A stretch of 64,000 bases of DNA from an uncultured Thermoplasmata archaeon (GCA_963768855.1 CAVYJM010000011.1:320001-384000); one strand, 5' to 3'. Shown: positions 1 through 10,500, counted from the first letter of the stretch. The notes: generated by a model not told the origin, from the letters alone. A program made the numbers and translations.

Positions 1-257
1 AAGTAGTACTTGTCCGTGTCAAAGCGCTTGTGCGCGACGTCGATCGTGAGGCCGCGCTCGCGCTCCTCCTTCACTTGGTCCATGACAAAGGCGAACTCAA
101 AGGTGGCCTTGCCCATCTGTTCGGCGAGCTTCTTCAAATTCTCGAGCTCGTGCGGGTCGATGTTTCCCGTGTCGTACAGGATTCGACCGACGGTCGTCGA
201 CTTCCCGTGGTCGACGTGACCGATGAACACGAGGTTCAAGTGTGGCTTGGCGGGCAT
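1..257 (-). CDS. tuf: Translation elongation factor EF-1 alpha, N-terminal part (runs off window start)
   Basis: Manual translation from ATG at 257: [41 protein letters not shown]...[23 protein letters not shown]. Contains the G1 and G2 motifs of aEF-1a; not in the ORF track. Confidence 0.97.
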   Translation of the reverse strand, partial: MPAKPHLNLVFIGHVDHGKSTTVGRILYDTGNIDPHELENLKKLAEQMGKATFEFAFVMDQVKEERERGLTIDVAHKRFDTDKYY

Positions 258-366
258 GTCTTCTACCCCGTAGGTCGCACCTTATCATCCAGTCGTATTT
301 ATGCTTTCCTTACGGCGCGAGCGCGTTTCCTCGGAGAGAATCGAGCCGCGTCGGGGCGCCGCTCCT

Positions 367-918
367 TCAGGCGCCGCGGAGATGGAGTCCCGCGGACTCG
401 AGGATGTCCTCGTGCGAGCGCGCGATGTCCGCCCTCGGAGTGGCCGCGAGGTCGACGAACCGCAGCTCCGTCCATGCCGCGGCCTTCGGGGGCGCCCCGC
501 CGGGCCAGTCGCCCCGGAAGAGGAACTCGAGGTCCCAATGCCGGACGACATCCGGGAAGCGCCGGGGCGTGTAGACCTCGGAGACGACTTTCGGTTCCGA
601 GAACGAGAGGTCCGACCGCTCGAGCTGCTCCTCCGCGATGCGTCGCGCCGCGGCCTCGGGGGACTCGTTCAGGATCAGGTGGGACGAGGGAAGCATCCAG
701 CCCTTGCTGTGCACCGCCGTCCGGGAGGCGTCGAGGGCGCCGATGTGGTCCCAGGGCGCCGCGGGGTTCAGGCGCCCCATCAGCACGCGGTCGGCATGTC
801 CCGCTTCGTGGAGGATCAAGAACGCGGACAGGCATAGCCCGCCTTCGGGCACCTCCGGCATCCCGAACGGCACATCCCCGAGCTTGTTGAACCGGCAAAA
901 GCGGCGGTCTGTTGTCAT
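367..918 (-). CDS. NUDIX-family hydrolase
   Basis: 3' part of ORF 367..1365 from ATG at 918 (MTTDRRFC...). Degenerate Nudix box SSHLILNESPEAAARRIAEEQL. Confidence 0.7.
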   Translation of the reverse strand: MTTDRRFCRFNKLGDVPFGMPEVPEGGLCLSAFLILHEAGHADRVLMGRLNPAAPWDHIGALDASRTAVHSKGWMLPSSHLILNESPEAAARRIAEEQLERSDLSFSEPKVVSEVYTPRRFPDVVRHWDLEFLFRGDWPGGAPPKAAAWTELRFVDLAATPRADIARSHEDILESAGLHLRGA

Positions 919-1065
919 GCGTCGAACCGTCTCCCCCACACCCGTCCGGCTTATGAACCCGATGCCTGCAGTCGGTGCCCACCGCGAGACGCTTCGGCGG
1001 CTCCCGTCCGCGATAAGTACAACTCGTACATCGGTTTGAAGTATATCGCGATATAACGTCATCAT

Positions 1066-1566
1066 ATGCAGTCCGGTCCTCTCGTTCGGCCCACGCTCCC
1101 ATTCCTGGCCAAGGGCGGCTTCCGCATCCTTCTCCTGAGGACCCTCGAGGAGAAGCCGATGTACGGGTACGAGGTCATGAAGGAGCTGGAGAACCGCTTC
1201 CAGGGGTTCTACCGTCCAAGCGCCGGTGCGGTCTATCCGGCCCTTCGTTCCCTCCAGCGAGAGGGTCTGGTCGCGGTGAGCGGGTCGGAGCGGCGCAAGA
1301 CATACCGCGTCACGGCGAAGGGAAAAGCCTCCATTCGAAGCCACCGGGCGGAGATGGAGACGCACTTCCGGTCCCTCCAGGCAGCGGTCGGTCCGGAGCG
1401 CGCGGCCCTCCTGCGAGAGCTCCGCGACACGGGGAAGCTCCTCGCCATGAACCTCCGCTCCTTGACGCCGCGGCAGGCCGTCGAACTGCGTTCCGCCGTC
1501 GCGGAGATGCGCAAGCGAATCGCGACGATCCTGGGAGAATCAAAAGGGGAGGATTTCCATGAGTGA
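1066..1566 (+). CDS. PadR-family transcriptional regulator
   Basis: LLLRTLEEKPMYGYEVMKELE...PSAGAVYPALRSLQREGLV...RKTYRVTAKG, the PadR wHTH signature. Confidence 0.92.
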   Translation: MQSGPLVRPTLPFLAKGGFRILLLRTLEEKPMYGYEVMKELENRFQGFYRPSAGAVYPALRSLQREGLVAVSGSERRKTYRVTAKGKASIRSHRAEMETHFRSLQAAVGPERAALLRELRDTGKLLAMNLRSLTPRQAVELRSAVAEMRKRIATILGESKGEDFHE

Positions 1567-2587
1567 GAGTATCATCCAGGTGTCGGGACTGACGAAGCGG
1601 TTCAACGGGTTCACGGCCGTTGACCACGTGGACTTCGATGTGAAGAAGGGAGAAATCTTCGGCTTCCTCGGTCCGAACGGTGCGGGGAAGTCGACGACGA
1701 TCCGGATGCTGTGCACCCTGAGTCGCCCGACGGAGGGTTCGGCGACCGTGGCGGGGTTCGATGTCGTCAAGGACGACAGCAAGGTCCGTCAACACATCGG
1801 CCTGGTCTCCGAGAAACTGATCATGTACAACGACCTGACCGCTCGGGAGAACCTCTTCCTGTTCGGGCAGCTCTATGACATCCCGAGGGAAACGCTCGAC
1901 CGGCGAGTCGAGAAGCTCCTCACGTTCGTCCGCATGGAGAAGTGGGCCGACGCCCGAATCGGAACCTTCTCCACGGGGATGAAGCAGCGGATCAACGTCA
2001 TCCGCGCGTTGGTGAACCAGCCCGAGATCCTTTTCCTCGATGAGCCCACCCTGGGACTCGACCCGCAGTCGACCGCGGAGATCCGCGAGCTCGTGCGACG
2101 GATCAACCTCGAACAGGGGACGACGATCATCCTGACGACCCACATGATGGTCGAGGCGGACCTCCTCTGCGACCGGATCGGGATCATCGACCATGGGAAG
2201 ATCGTCGCGCTCGACACCCCGACGAACCTCAAGGGGAAGGTCTCCGGCACGGATGCGAACACCCTCGAGTTCGAGGTACCCAACCTGACCCCGGCGATCC
2301 TGGCGTCCCTCCAGTCCCTGGAATGCGTCGACTCGATCATCCAGGAGGACGACACGCACATCAAGATCCGCGCGCACGGCGACGGGAGCTTCGACGCGAT
2401 CATCGACGGCCTCCGGCAGACCGGGGCGCGGGTGAAGGGAGTGAAGAACCTCGAACCCTCCCTCGAGGACGTGTTCCTCCGGATCACCGGGCGGGAAGTC
2501 CGGGAGCAGGTGGCGGACCGCGTGCCCATGGCGGCGCGCGGCGGACCCCGGCACGGGATGCGCAATACGAACCGGCGGGCGAGGTGA
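1559..2587 (+). CDS. ABC transporter ATP-binding protein (DrrA/multidrug type)
   Basis: Walker A GPNGAGKST, signature FSTGMKQR, Walker B LFLDEPT, H-loop TTHMM; overlaps the PadR stop. Confidence 0.95.
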   Translation: MSESIIQVSGLTKRFNGFTAVDHVDFDVKKGEIFGFLGPNGAGKSTTIRMLCTLSRPTEGSATVAGFDVVKDDSKVRQHIGLVSEKLIMYNDLTARENLFLFGQLYDIPRETLDRRVEKLLTFVRMEKWADARIGTFSTGMKQRINVIRALVNQPEILFLDEPTLGLDPQSTAEIRELVRRINLEQGTTIILTTHMMVEADLLCDRIGIIDHGKIVALDTPTNLKGKVSGTDANTLEFEVPNLTPAILASLQSLECVDSIIQEDDTHIKIRAHGDGSFDAIIDGLRQTGARVKGVKNLEPSLEDVFLRITGREVREQVADRVPMAARGGPRHGMRNTNRRAR

Positions 2588-2591
2588 GACG

Positions 2592-3812
2592 ATGACCGTC
2601 AAGCAGGTGTTGCGGCACAGCTCGTGGATCTGTTGGAAGGACCTCCTCGAATTCGGGCGCAGCAAGCTGCGGCTTGTGATGCTCGTCGTCATGCCCCTCT
2701 TCATGATGGTCATGGTGGGATTCATCTTCCCCTCGGGGGGTACGATCAGCAACCAGCCGGTCGCCCTCTCGAACCTGGATGCGGGCATGACCGTGCAGGT
2801 TCCACCCGCCAATACGACGACCCAGATGAACCTCGGGACGCAGTTCGTCGGTCAACTGGAGGTCATCAACAACAAGACCGGGATGATGGACCTGAAGAAC
2901 TCGAGCGGGTTCGCCGACATCAAGGACCGCATCCAGAGCGGCGAGATCAGCGGCGGCATCCTGATCCCCGCCGACTTCACGCAGCGCCTGATGACGGCCG
3001 AGCAGGGGAATATCACGATCGTGACGGACCAGTCCAATCCTCAGATGTCCGCCATGATGCAGACCGTGCTGTCCCAGACCATTGGCGCGATGGGGACGCA
3101 ATGGGCGTCGTACAACCTGAACCAGACCTGGCACGTGCCGATCAACCTGACCTTCGCAGCGGTCGTGCCATTCAACGTGCAGTTCACGGGGATCGTCCCC
3201 GGGAATCCGAACTACTTCGAGTTCATCGCGCCCGGGATCATGTCCATGACGGTGATGATGTCCCTCATGACCGGGCTGCCCCATGCCATTTCCTACGAGA
3301 AGGATATGGGCACCCTGGATGGGATGCTCGTCGCTCCGACATCCCGGCTCTCGATCATCCTCGGGAAGGTGATGGCCCAGACCGTCCGAGGACTCGTCCA
3401 AGCCGCGATCATCTTCGTCCTCGCCGTCGCCCTGTTCGGCGTGGTGATCTACGGGAGCGTGTTCCTCCTGGTGGGACTCGTGTTCCTGACGGTCTTCAGC
3501 TTCGTCGGCCTCGGCATCCTGATCACGTCCTTCACGGACCGGGAGGAGACTGCGACGATGGTGATGATGACCCTCATGTTTCCCATGATGTTCCTGAGCG
3601 GGGTCTTCTTCCCGATCCAGCAGATGCCCTGGTTCATGCAGGACATCGCCCAGATCCTGCCGCTGACGTACGCGACGACGGCCATGAGGAAGGTCATGCT
3701 CCTTGGCGCGCCGATGTCGGCGGTCTTCTCCGAGATCGTAATCCTGCTGGGCTTCGGAGTCATCATGCTCGCGATCGCGGTCCCGACGTTCAAGCGCGCG
3801 ATGACGCGGTAG
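2592..3812 (+). CDS. ABC-2 type transporter permease
   Basis: N-terminal TM, large extracellular loop, then multiple TMs with EKDMGTLDGMLVAP, FLSGVFFP and LPLTY motifs; follows the ATPase. Confidence 0.93.
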   Translation: MTVKQVLRHSSWICWKDLLEFGRSKLRLVMLVVMPLFMMVMVGFIFPSGGTISNQPVALSNLDAGMTVQVPPANTTTQMNLGTQFVGQLEVINNKTGMMDLKNSSGFADIKDRIQSGEISGGILIPADFTQRLMTAEQGNITIVTDQSNPQMSAMMQTVLSQTIGAMGTQWASYNLNQTWHVPINLTFAAVVPFNVQFTGIVPGNPNYFEFIAPGIMSMTVMMSLMTGLPHAISYEKDMGTLDGMLVAPTSRLSIILGKVMAQTVRGLVQAAIIFVLAVALFGVVIYGSVFLLVGLVFLTVFSFVGLGILITSFTDREETATMVMMTLMFPMMFLSGVFFPIQQMPWFMQDIAQILPLTYATTAMRKVMLLGAPMSAVFSEIVILLGFGVIMLAIAVPTFKRAMTR

Positions 3813-3869
3813 AGCGGTTCGCTCGCGGAGGCTCGAGGGTCGCGAGGACCACGGGGTCTTCCCCCTCGC

Positions 3870-6068
3870 TCACGCGGAGTAGTAGGCTTCGTCGTAGGGC
3901 TCCGGCGGGAGTCCCTTCCGTGTGCGGATCGAGCGCACGACCTCGCCGAGGAGGTCCTTCGGCACGGGTTCGAAGCCGGCGTTCTCGGTCGACCAGAGGG
4001 CGCGTCCCTGGGTCGCGCTCCGGATCGCGGATGCGAACCCGAACATCTCCGCCACGGGTGCTTTCGACTGGATGACCGTGACCTCGCCCTCCTGGTTGAT
4101 ATCCTCGATCACGCCCCGGCGGCTTTGGACCTCGCCGAGCGCCGCCCCCATGTAGTCCTGCGGGACGTTGATGAAGACTTTCGTGATCGGCTCCAGGAGG
4201 GTGCGCCCTCCCTGGACCATGGAGCCGTAGATTGCGTTGCGGGCCGCAGGGATGACCTGAGCGGGGCCGCGGTGCACGGAATCCTCGTGGAGCTTCGCGT
4301 CGACGAGGCTGATCTTGAGGCCCATGCCCTTCTCCTGGGCGAGGGGTCCGCGGTTCATGACCTCGATGAACCCCTCCTTGATCAGTTCCATCGTCTCGTT
4401 CAGATACTGGATCCCCTTCGTCGAGTCGATGAGCATGTTCTGGTCCTGGATCCAGACCACGTTCTTCGCGTCGTCGCGGTCCATCCCGAGCTCCTCGAGC
4501 TTCTTTGCGAGGACCTTGGAGTCTTTGATCCGCTGGCCCGAGGCGATCTCGCCCGCGCGAATCGCGGCGACGACCTTGGGCTCGAGAGGCTCCGCCTCCA
4601 TGTAGAATCGGTTGTGCTTGTTCGGGGACTTGCCCTCGAAGGGGCCGCCGTGGCCCGTGACGCACTCCCGGTACACGACGATCGGAGGGCTGGTCGTCAC
4701 AGGGATTTTGTAATCGTTCTGGACGCGGTAGATCGTGATTTCCAGGTGGAGTTCGCCCATGCCGCTGATTAGGTGCTCCCCCGTCTCCTGGTTGATTTCG
4801 ACCTGAATGCTCGGGTCCGCCTTCGCGAGGAGGCGCAAGGCTTCGACGAGCTTCGGCAAATCCGACGTGGACTTCGCCTCGACAGCTATCGTGACAACCG
4901 GCTCGGAGTAATGGACGATTTTCTCGAACGGCTGCATCTCCTTGTCGTCGCTGACCGTGGAGCCCGCGACGGCATCCCGCAGCCCGACGACGGCGACCAC
5001 GTTGCCCGCGTCGATCTCCTCGACGGGGATGCGGTCCGGCCCGACGATCATCGCGACGGTCTGCGCGCGCTGGGGCTTCGGCATCCCGATGACCCAGAGC
5101 TCCTGGCCCCGGACGATCTTCCCGGAGTACAGGCGGCCCGCGGCGACCTCACCCGCCTGCGGGTCGACGATGATCTTCGTGACCATGAACGCGACGGGCC
5201 CGCTCTCCCCGACGTTCATCATGGACTTGCCGACCGGGGATTCCAGGTCGCCCTTCCAGATGACGGGGATGCGCACCTTCTGGGCCTCGAGCGGGTTCGG
5301 GAGGTGCTTGATGACCATCTCGAGGACGACGTGGTGGAGGGACGCTTTCTTCGCGAGCTCCTTCATCGTGCCCTCCTGGCAGTGCTTGTAGACGTCCTTG
5401 AATCCGACTCCGGTCTTCTTCGTGAACGGGACCGAGACGGCCCACTTGTGGAAGGCGGAGCCGAAGGCCACGTTGCCCGCCTCGACGTTCAGAAGCCACT
5501 TCTCCTTCAGGTCGTCGGGCAGCTGCTTCCGGATGCGCTGGTTGACCTCCGTGATGATCTTCACGAAGCGCTGTTGCATCTGCTCTTGGCCGATCTTGAG
5601 CTCGTTCACGAGACGGTCGACCTTGTTGATGAACAGGACGGGCCGCACGCGCTCCTTGAGCGCCTGGCGGATGACCGTCTCCGTCTGGGGCATGATGCCC
5701 TCGACCGCGTCGACCAGGATGATGACGCCGTCGATCGCGCGCATGGCGCGGGTGACGTCGCCGCCGAAGTCCACGTGGCCCGGCGTGTCGATCAGGTTGA
5801 TCAGGTACTGCTGGCCATCCTGCTCGTGGACCATGGAGGCGATGGCCGCGTTGATCGTGATGCCTCGCGCCTGCTCCTGCTCGTCGTAGTCCATGAAGAG
5901 CTGGGAGCCCGCGAGCTCCTCGGAGATCATCCCGGCGCCCGCGATGAGGCTGTCCGAAAGGGTGGTCTTGCCGTGATCGATGTGGGCCGCGGTCCCGATG
6001 TTGCGGATCTGCTCCTTCTTGTGGAGGAGGGCCGAGGCCTTCTTGATGTTGTCTTCCTTGCGTCCCAT
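3870..6068 (-). CDS. fusA: Translation elongation factor EF-2
   Basis: [26 protein letters not shown]; diphthamide loop [15 protein letters not shown]; 732 aa. Confidence 0.99.
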   Translation of the reverse strand: MGRKEDNIKKASALLHKKEQIRNIGTAAHIDHGKTTLSDSLIAGAGMISEELAGSQLFMDYDEQEQARGITINAAIASMVHEQDGQQYLINLIDTPGHVDFGGDVTRAMRAIDGVIILVDAVEGIMPQTETVIRQALKERVRPVLFINKVDRLVNELKIGQEQMQQRFVKIITEVNQRIRKQLPDDLKEKWLLNVEAGNVAFGSAFHKWAVSVPFTKKTGVGFKDVYKHCQEGTMKELAKKASLHHVVLEMVIKHLPNPLEAQKVRIPVIWKGDLESPVGKSMMNVGESGPVAFMVTKIIVDPQAGEVAAGRLYSGKIVRGQELWVIGMPKPQRAQTVAMIVGPDRIPVEEIDAGNVVAVVGLRDAVAGSTVSDDKEMQPFEKIVHYSEPVVTIAVEAKSTSDLPKLVEALRLLAKADPSIQVEINQETGEHLISGMGELHLEITIYRVQNDYKIPVTTSPPIVVYRECVTGHGGPFEGKSPNKHNRFYMEAEPLEPKVVAAIRAGEIASGQRIKDSKVLAKKLEELGMDRDDAKNVVWIQDQNMLIDSTKGIQYLNETMELIKEGFIEVMNRGPLAQEKGMGLKISLVDAKLHEDSVHRGPAQVIPAARNAIYGSMVQGGRTLLEPITKVFINVPQDYMGAALGEVQSRRGVIEDINQEGEVTVIQSKAPVAEMFGFASAIRSATQGRALWSTENAGFEPVPKDLLGEVVRSIRTRKGLPPEPYDEAYYSA

Positions 6069-6158
6069 GCGCGTGTCACCTGACGGGGAGCGTCAACGAG
6101 ATGCCATCGCAGATGGCGGCCCCTAATTAAACCTTCGGTCAAGCCATGGGAGGACGGC

Positions 6159-6938
6159 TCAACGCGCCGATCCCGCGATCCGCTCGAGCTCTTCCTTCTT
6201 CGCGATCGCGGAGCTCTGCATGTCGCCTTTCGAGGCCAGGAAGATCTCGTCCGCGAGGCACTCCTCGACGGGCTTCTTGTTCTTGAACGTCGCCTGGACC
6301 GCGCCGGTCGTGATGTTCCGAAGGGCCATGTCGAGCCGCCGCATCGGCGAGATGTCGACCGCGCGCGGTACGGAGATGCCGCCGAACCGGAGACGGGTAA
6401 TCTCCTCGCGCGGGGCGGCGTGTTCGAGCGCCTCGACGAGGACCTGCACGGGGTTCTTGTTCGACTTCTTCGCGATGATCTCGAACGACGTGCGCACGAC
6501 GCGGTAGGCCTTGGACTTCTTGCCCGTGTAGACCTCCGTCCGCATCATGCCGTTGATCAGGCGCTCGACGATGTTCGCCTTCTGCTTCCCGAAGGGCTTG
6601 TTCGCCCAGCGCGCGCCCGTGTGAGGGATGACGATCGGGTTGAGGTTGATGTACTTCGCGAGGCCGAGGTCGTGGACCGTGATGTCCGCGAGGTCGTACT
6701 TCTCGAAGAGCTTCATCTCGTAGGGAGGCCGCTTCTTCGGCTTCTTGGCCTCCTTCTTGGGCTTCTCTTCGATGGGGGCCTCGCCCTCCGCGGGGACGGG
6801 TTCCGCCGGCACGGGTTCCGCGGGCGCCGGGAGCTCCGCAGGAGGCTCCGCAGGCGGGGCCGGCAGCGCGGGCTCCGGGGGCGGCGGGGCCGGACTCTCG
6901 GGCGCGGGCGGCTCCGGGTTTTTCTCGGGGTCCTCCAC
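6159..6938 (-). CDS. rps7: 30S ribosomal protein S7 (uS7) with Pro/Glu/Ala-rich N-terminal extension
   Basis: NPVQVLVEALEHAAPREE...VDISPMRRLDMALR...CLADEI...KKEELERIA; GTG start preceded by GAGGTGA Shine-Dalgarno (SD). Confidence 0.97.
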   Translation of the reverse strand: MEDPEKNPEPPAPESPAPPPPEPALPAPPAEPPAELPAPAEPVPAEPVPAEGEAPIEEKPKKEAKKPKKRPPYEMKLFEKYDLADITVHDLGLAKYINLNPIVIPHTGARWANKPFGKQKANIVERLINGMMRTEVYTGKKSKAYRVVRTSFEIIAKKSNKNPVQVLVEALEHAAPREEITRLRFGGISVPRAVDISPMRRLDMALRNITTGAVQATFKNKKPVEECLADEIFLASKGDMQSSAIAKKEELERIAGSAR

Positions 6939-6942
6939 CGAC

Positions 6943-7371
6943 TCACCTCACCGGCTTCTCTTTGCGGCCCCGGACGAGCTCGTCGAGGGAGACGCCGTTG
7001 ACCTGGATGACCTTGTAGCGCACGCCCGGGATGTCGCCGTAGGAACGGCCCATGCGGCCGCCGATCCCCTCGACGAGGACCTCGTCGTGCTCATCGATGA
7101 AGTTGATCGCGCCGTCCCCGACGGCGAACGCGGTGATCTGCCGCCCGTTCTTCACGAGCTGCACCTTCACGCACTTGCGCAACGCGGAGTTCGGCTGCTT
7201 CGCCTCGATTGCGACCTTCTCGAGGACGATGCCCTTGCCCTGGGGCGAACCCTCGAGCGGGTCCGACTTCTCCTTCAGGTGCTGCACGCGGCGCTTGTAG
7301 TACCGGTCGGACCAGCGGCGGGTCTGCCGCTCGTCCTTGAGCTTCCGTGCCGCGAACAGTCCCCGTGCCAA
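6943..7371 (-). CDS. rps12: 30S ribosomal protein S12 (uS12)
   Basis: [11 protein letters not shown]...[12 protein letters not shown]...[10 protein letters not shown]; TTG start after a GAGGA SD. Confidence 0.98.
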   Translation of the reverse strand: MARGLFAARKLKDERQTRRWSDRYYKRRVQHLKEKSDPLEGSPQGKGIVLEKVAIEAKQPNSALRKCVKVQLVKNGRQITAFAVGDGAINFIDEHDEVLVEGIGGRMGRSYGDIPGVRYKVIQVNGVSLDELVRGRKEKPVR

Positions 7372-7440
7372 GCTGGTTCCTCGTAGGGCGGAGTGCGTCC
7401 TAATTTGCAGGAGCTATATAAGGATGGCGAGACGCAACGG

Positions 7441-7980
7441 TCAGCCCGTCCCGGACGCCGCGCTCGCGGGAGTCGGAGGCACTTCGACGGCGACATTGCA
7501 GTACGGGCAGAGGAACCGTTCCTCCGGGAACGCCCAGCGGTTCACGACGCCGCCGCAGTGCGGACAGCGCTCGACGAAGACCTGCGCCTTCTCGGTCCCC
7601 GCGAGGACGAACTCGTCTGTGGAGCGGTCGATGACGCCGGCCACGTAGCCGAGCTCGATCGCGCGGGAGAGGAGGCGCTCCGCCTCCATCGGGCTCTTGC
7701 CGACCTTGACCGCCAGCTCGTCGATGCGAATGCGGCGGTAGGTTTTCAGCAGCGTCGCGAACTCCTTGAGCTGCTTCTCGCGATGATACTCGAGAATGCC
7801 GAGGCCGAGGACGATCGCGGCGGGCGCGGCGCCCCCGGGGACGCAGATGTAGGCCAGGACCGGCGTGACGAACAGGGTGGCGCCGATGGCCACGAGGCTG
7901 AACACGAGGACGAAGCCGCCGATCGCGAGCATCGTCTCCGCGTCCATCCCGAGCGGGCCGCCACCCTGGGGGTCGGACAT
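7441..7980 (-). CDS. Membrane protein: 2 TM + PCI-like winged helix + C-terminal zinc ribbon
   Basis: Two hydrophobic helices; YRRIRIDELAVKVG..EAERLL..AIELGYVAGVID (PCI-like); CPHC...CPYC. Confidence 0.75.
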   Translation of the reverse strand: MSDPQGGGPLGMDAETMLAIGGFVLVFSLVAIGATLFVTPVLAYICVPGGAAPAAIVLGLGILEYHREKQLKEFATLLKTYRRIRIDELAVKVGKSPMEAERLLSRAIELGYVAGVIDRSTDEFVLAGTEKAQVFVERCPHCGGVVNRWAFPEERFLCPYCNVAVEVPPTPASAASGTG

Positions 7981-8052
7981 CCGGAGATGGTGTCCGTGGA
8001 CGCCTACTTCAATCCCGCGCCGACGGAATCACGGCGGCGAACGCGGGGGGCA

Positions 8053-8805
8053 TCACGCGGACGGGGCGCCGGTCGAGGCGAGCCCCTTGAGGATCGCGTC
8101 TGCGCTCAGGAGCGCGGGCGAGATGATGTGGTCCGCCTTGACCTCCCGCATCTTCTCCAGGTTCTCCTGGGAGGACACGGTCGCGAAGACGGGGACGCGG
8201 CTGGCGATCTTCTTCGAGGTGAGGCAGATGAACGCGTTCTCCGAGTCGATCTCGGACGCGGCGATCACCGCGCGGCTCTCGGCGACGCCGGCCTTCCGCA
8301 GGACCTCCATGGTCTCGTAGTCCCCCTGGATCGCCGCCGCGCCGCGCTCCGTCAGCTCATCCACGGTCGCCTTGTCCTTGACGAGCACGAGGACCTGGTC
8401 CTTCGGGAGGTTGTTCAGGAGCACGCGCGCGGTGTCCGAATATCCGCAGAGCACGATGTGGTTCTTCATGCGACTCGCCTTCCGGACCCGGTGGCCCTCC
8501 CAGTATGCGGTCAGGGCGGCCGGGCCGAGGATCTGGGTCATGAACGAGAGGATGACGCCCACCGCAAGGAGGGCGACGACGATGCCGACGATCTCGCCGG
8601 CGAACGTGTTCGGGTTCGCGGCGCCGATGAGGGTCATCACCATGACGACGAAGTACAGGCTGTTCGCCAGGGACTGGTTGTCCACGAGGGCGAAGACGAT
8701 CGTCCCGACGACCACGATGGCCAGGATTGCGACCAGGTGGGAGAGCGTCTTCGAGCGGAGCTCGCTCGGGACGTAGGAGAGGGGGCTGAGCCGCCGCCGG
8801 TTCAT
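8053..8805 (-). CDS. 2-TM ion channel subunit with RCK/TrkA-N domain, atypical filter
   Basis: TM, pore helix (SLYFVVMVMTLIGAANP), TM; then RCK: NHIVLCGYSDTA, AIQGDY, LRKAGV..SRAVI, D.EN.FI. Confidence 0.85.
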   Translation of the reverse strand: MNRRRLSPLSYVPSELRSKTLSHLVAILAIVVVGTIVFALVDNQSLANSLYFVVMVMTLIGAANPNTFAGEIVGIVVALLAVGVILSFMTQILGPAALTAYWEGHRVRKASRMKNHIVLCGYSDTARVLLNNLPKDQVLVLVKDKATVDELTERGAAAIQGDYETMEVLRKAGVAESRAVIAASEIDSENAFICLTSKKIASRVPVFATVSSQENLEKMREVKADHIISPALLSADAILKGLASTGAPSA

Positions 8806-8860
8806 CGGCGCCCCCGAAGGGCCGGCGCGTACATAGCCTTGACCGGACCGGACGCCCGGT

Positions 8861-10174
8861 TCACTTGGGAGGGCCTGGGGGATCCGCGGCCGCCGTCGGC
8901 GCGGGAGCCGCCACCCCGTTCCGAGCGGGTTCTCGCAGGAACAGGACGGCGGTCGCGGAGATGGCGATGAGGCTCAGGGCGATGATTGCGAAGGCGATCG
9001 GACCGTAGGCCACCGTCAGCGCGCCGCCCATGATCGGGCCGACGATCAGCCCACTCCCGAAGATCAAGGAGTAGATGCCGAAGCTCGTGCCCGAGACGCT
9101 GCGGTTGATCACGTCTCCGAGGTATGCGAGGGCCGCCGGCGGGAACGTCCCTGCGCCGAACGACAGGACCGCAATCCCGGGCCAGACCCGGTACAGGTAG
9201 TTGGGATCCATCCCGCCGCCCGGCTCGGTCGCGAGGGAGAAGAGGATCGCGAGGCCGCCGAAGCAGCCGAGGCCGATGAGCATGAAGGGCCTCCGGAGGC
9301 GGGCGACGTCCGACCACCGACCGAAGGCCACGAGGGCGATCGCCAGGGGGATCCCAAAGGACAGGACGATGACCAGGATGGTCATCAGCGGGATCTTCCC
9401 TTGGCTCTGGCCCCCGAGGATCTGGTCCGTGAAGGTGAGGACGTACCCGTACAGCGCGACCACGGGGATGTAGACGGGCAGGAGCCGGATGATGTCCTTG
9501 TTCCGGAAGACTTCCTTGAGGAGCCCGATCGTCCCCAGCGGGGGCGCGGGGGTGAACTTGGCGTCCTGCACGAAGAACTGGACCAGGATGACGGAGAGGA
9601 CGACGCCCGCTCCGCCGACGAGGAGGATCGTTTCGGGGCTGAGGTGGAGCAGCGACAGCGCCAGGAACGCGGCGCCGAAGCCCCCGGCGAGCCCGCCGAA
9701 TGTGACGAGGTCGAACACGGCCATGAGTTGCGCGCGGTTCTTCAGCGAGCTGTGATCGTTGACCATGGCGAGGGTCGAGGCGACCTTGGCGCCCGCACCC
9801 AGGCCGAACATCGTGAAGAAGACCGCCGCGAGATACGGCTTGGCCGGGTCCGGGGCGTACGCGCCGATGGTCACGATGAACAGGAGGACCGCGGCCGCCG
9901 TGATCACGTGCGCGAAGATGAGGACGCCCTTCCGCCCGCGGGTGTCGCAGCGTGCGCCGAAGTATCCGACCGTCGCGATTTCCGCGACCGGATACACCGC
10001 GAACAGGAGGCCGTGCCAGAACGCGTTCGCCTGGCCGGGCAGGATGACCTGCTGCATGACCGCGACGCCCGCGAAGGCCGCGGCGCGCATGATGAACGTC
10101 GCGAAGTACAGGGCGGACAGGTTCCGGACATCGGAGCGGTCGAGCCCGAGGAACCGCTTCCAGAATCGGGTCAT
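8861..10174 (-). CDS. MFS transporter
   Basis: About 12 hydrophobic helices; MFS motif A variants GARCDTRGRK and GRWSDVARLRRP. Confidence 0.88.
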   Translation of the reverse strand: MTRFWKRFLGLDRSDVRNLSALYFATFIMRAAAFAGVAVMQQVILPGQANAFWHGLLFAVYPVAEIATVGYFGARCDTRGRKGVLIFAHVITAAAVLLFIVTIGAYAPDPAKPYLAAVFFTMFGLGAGAKVASTLAMVNDHSSLKNRAQLMAVFDLVTFGGLAGGFGAAFLALSLLHLSPETILLVGGAGVVLSVILVQFFVQDAKFTPAPPLGTIGLLKEVFRNKDIIRLLPVYIPVVALYGYVLTFTDQILGGQSQGKIPLMTILVIVLSFGIPLAIALVAFGRWSDVARLRRPFMLIGLGCFGGLAILFSLATEPGGGMDPNYLYRVWPGIAVLSFGAGTFPPAALAYLGDVINRSVSGTSFGIYSLIFGSGLIVGPIMGGALTVAYGPIAFAIIALSLIAISATAVLFLREPARNGVAAPAPTAAADPPGPPK

Positions 10175-10500
10175 CCAGTCCGATACGCCGATGGAGTCAC
10201 CCTCGCGCGCGGCCGCTCAGGGTCGCTGAAGCGGCGCACTTCATCGGGGGGATATAGGCTTATCCGGCTGAAAATCGACGGAGCGTCCCGCGGCCGGCGC
10301 CGTGCGCGGACCGTCCCGCATCGAATGTGGGAGCCGCTGCGACAGGATCGCCAGGGGCGGCAAGCGCGGACCACGGCTCCCTGCCGAAGGCAAGTGCATG
10401 GCCGTGGGCATCCTCAACCCGATAGTCGCACCGCTGACTTTCACTTCGTTATCCTTAAGTATGGAGGGGATGAGTCAGACGCGGTTCAGGAGGTCTTCCC

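Noticed and set aside
4230-4300. EF-2 diphthamide loop
   Set aside because: The canonical HEDSVHRG motif is intact; nothing unusual.
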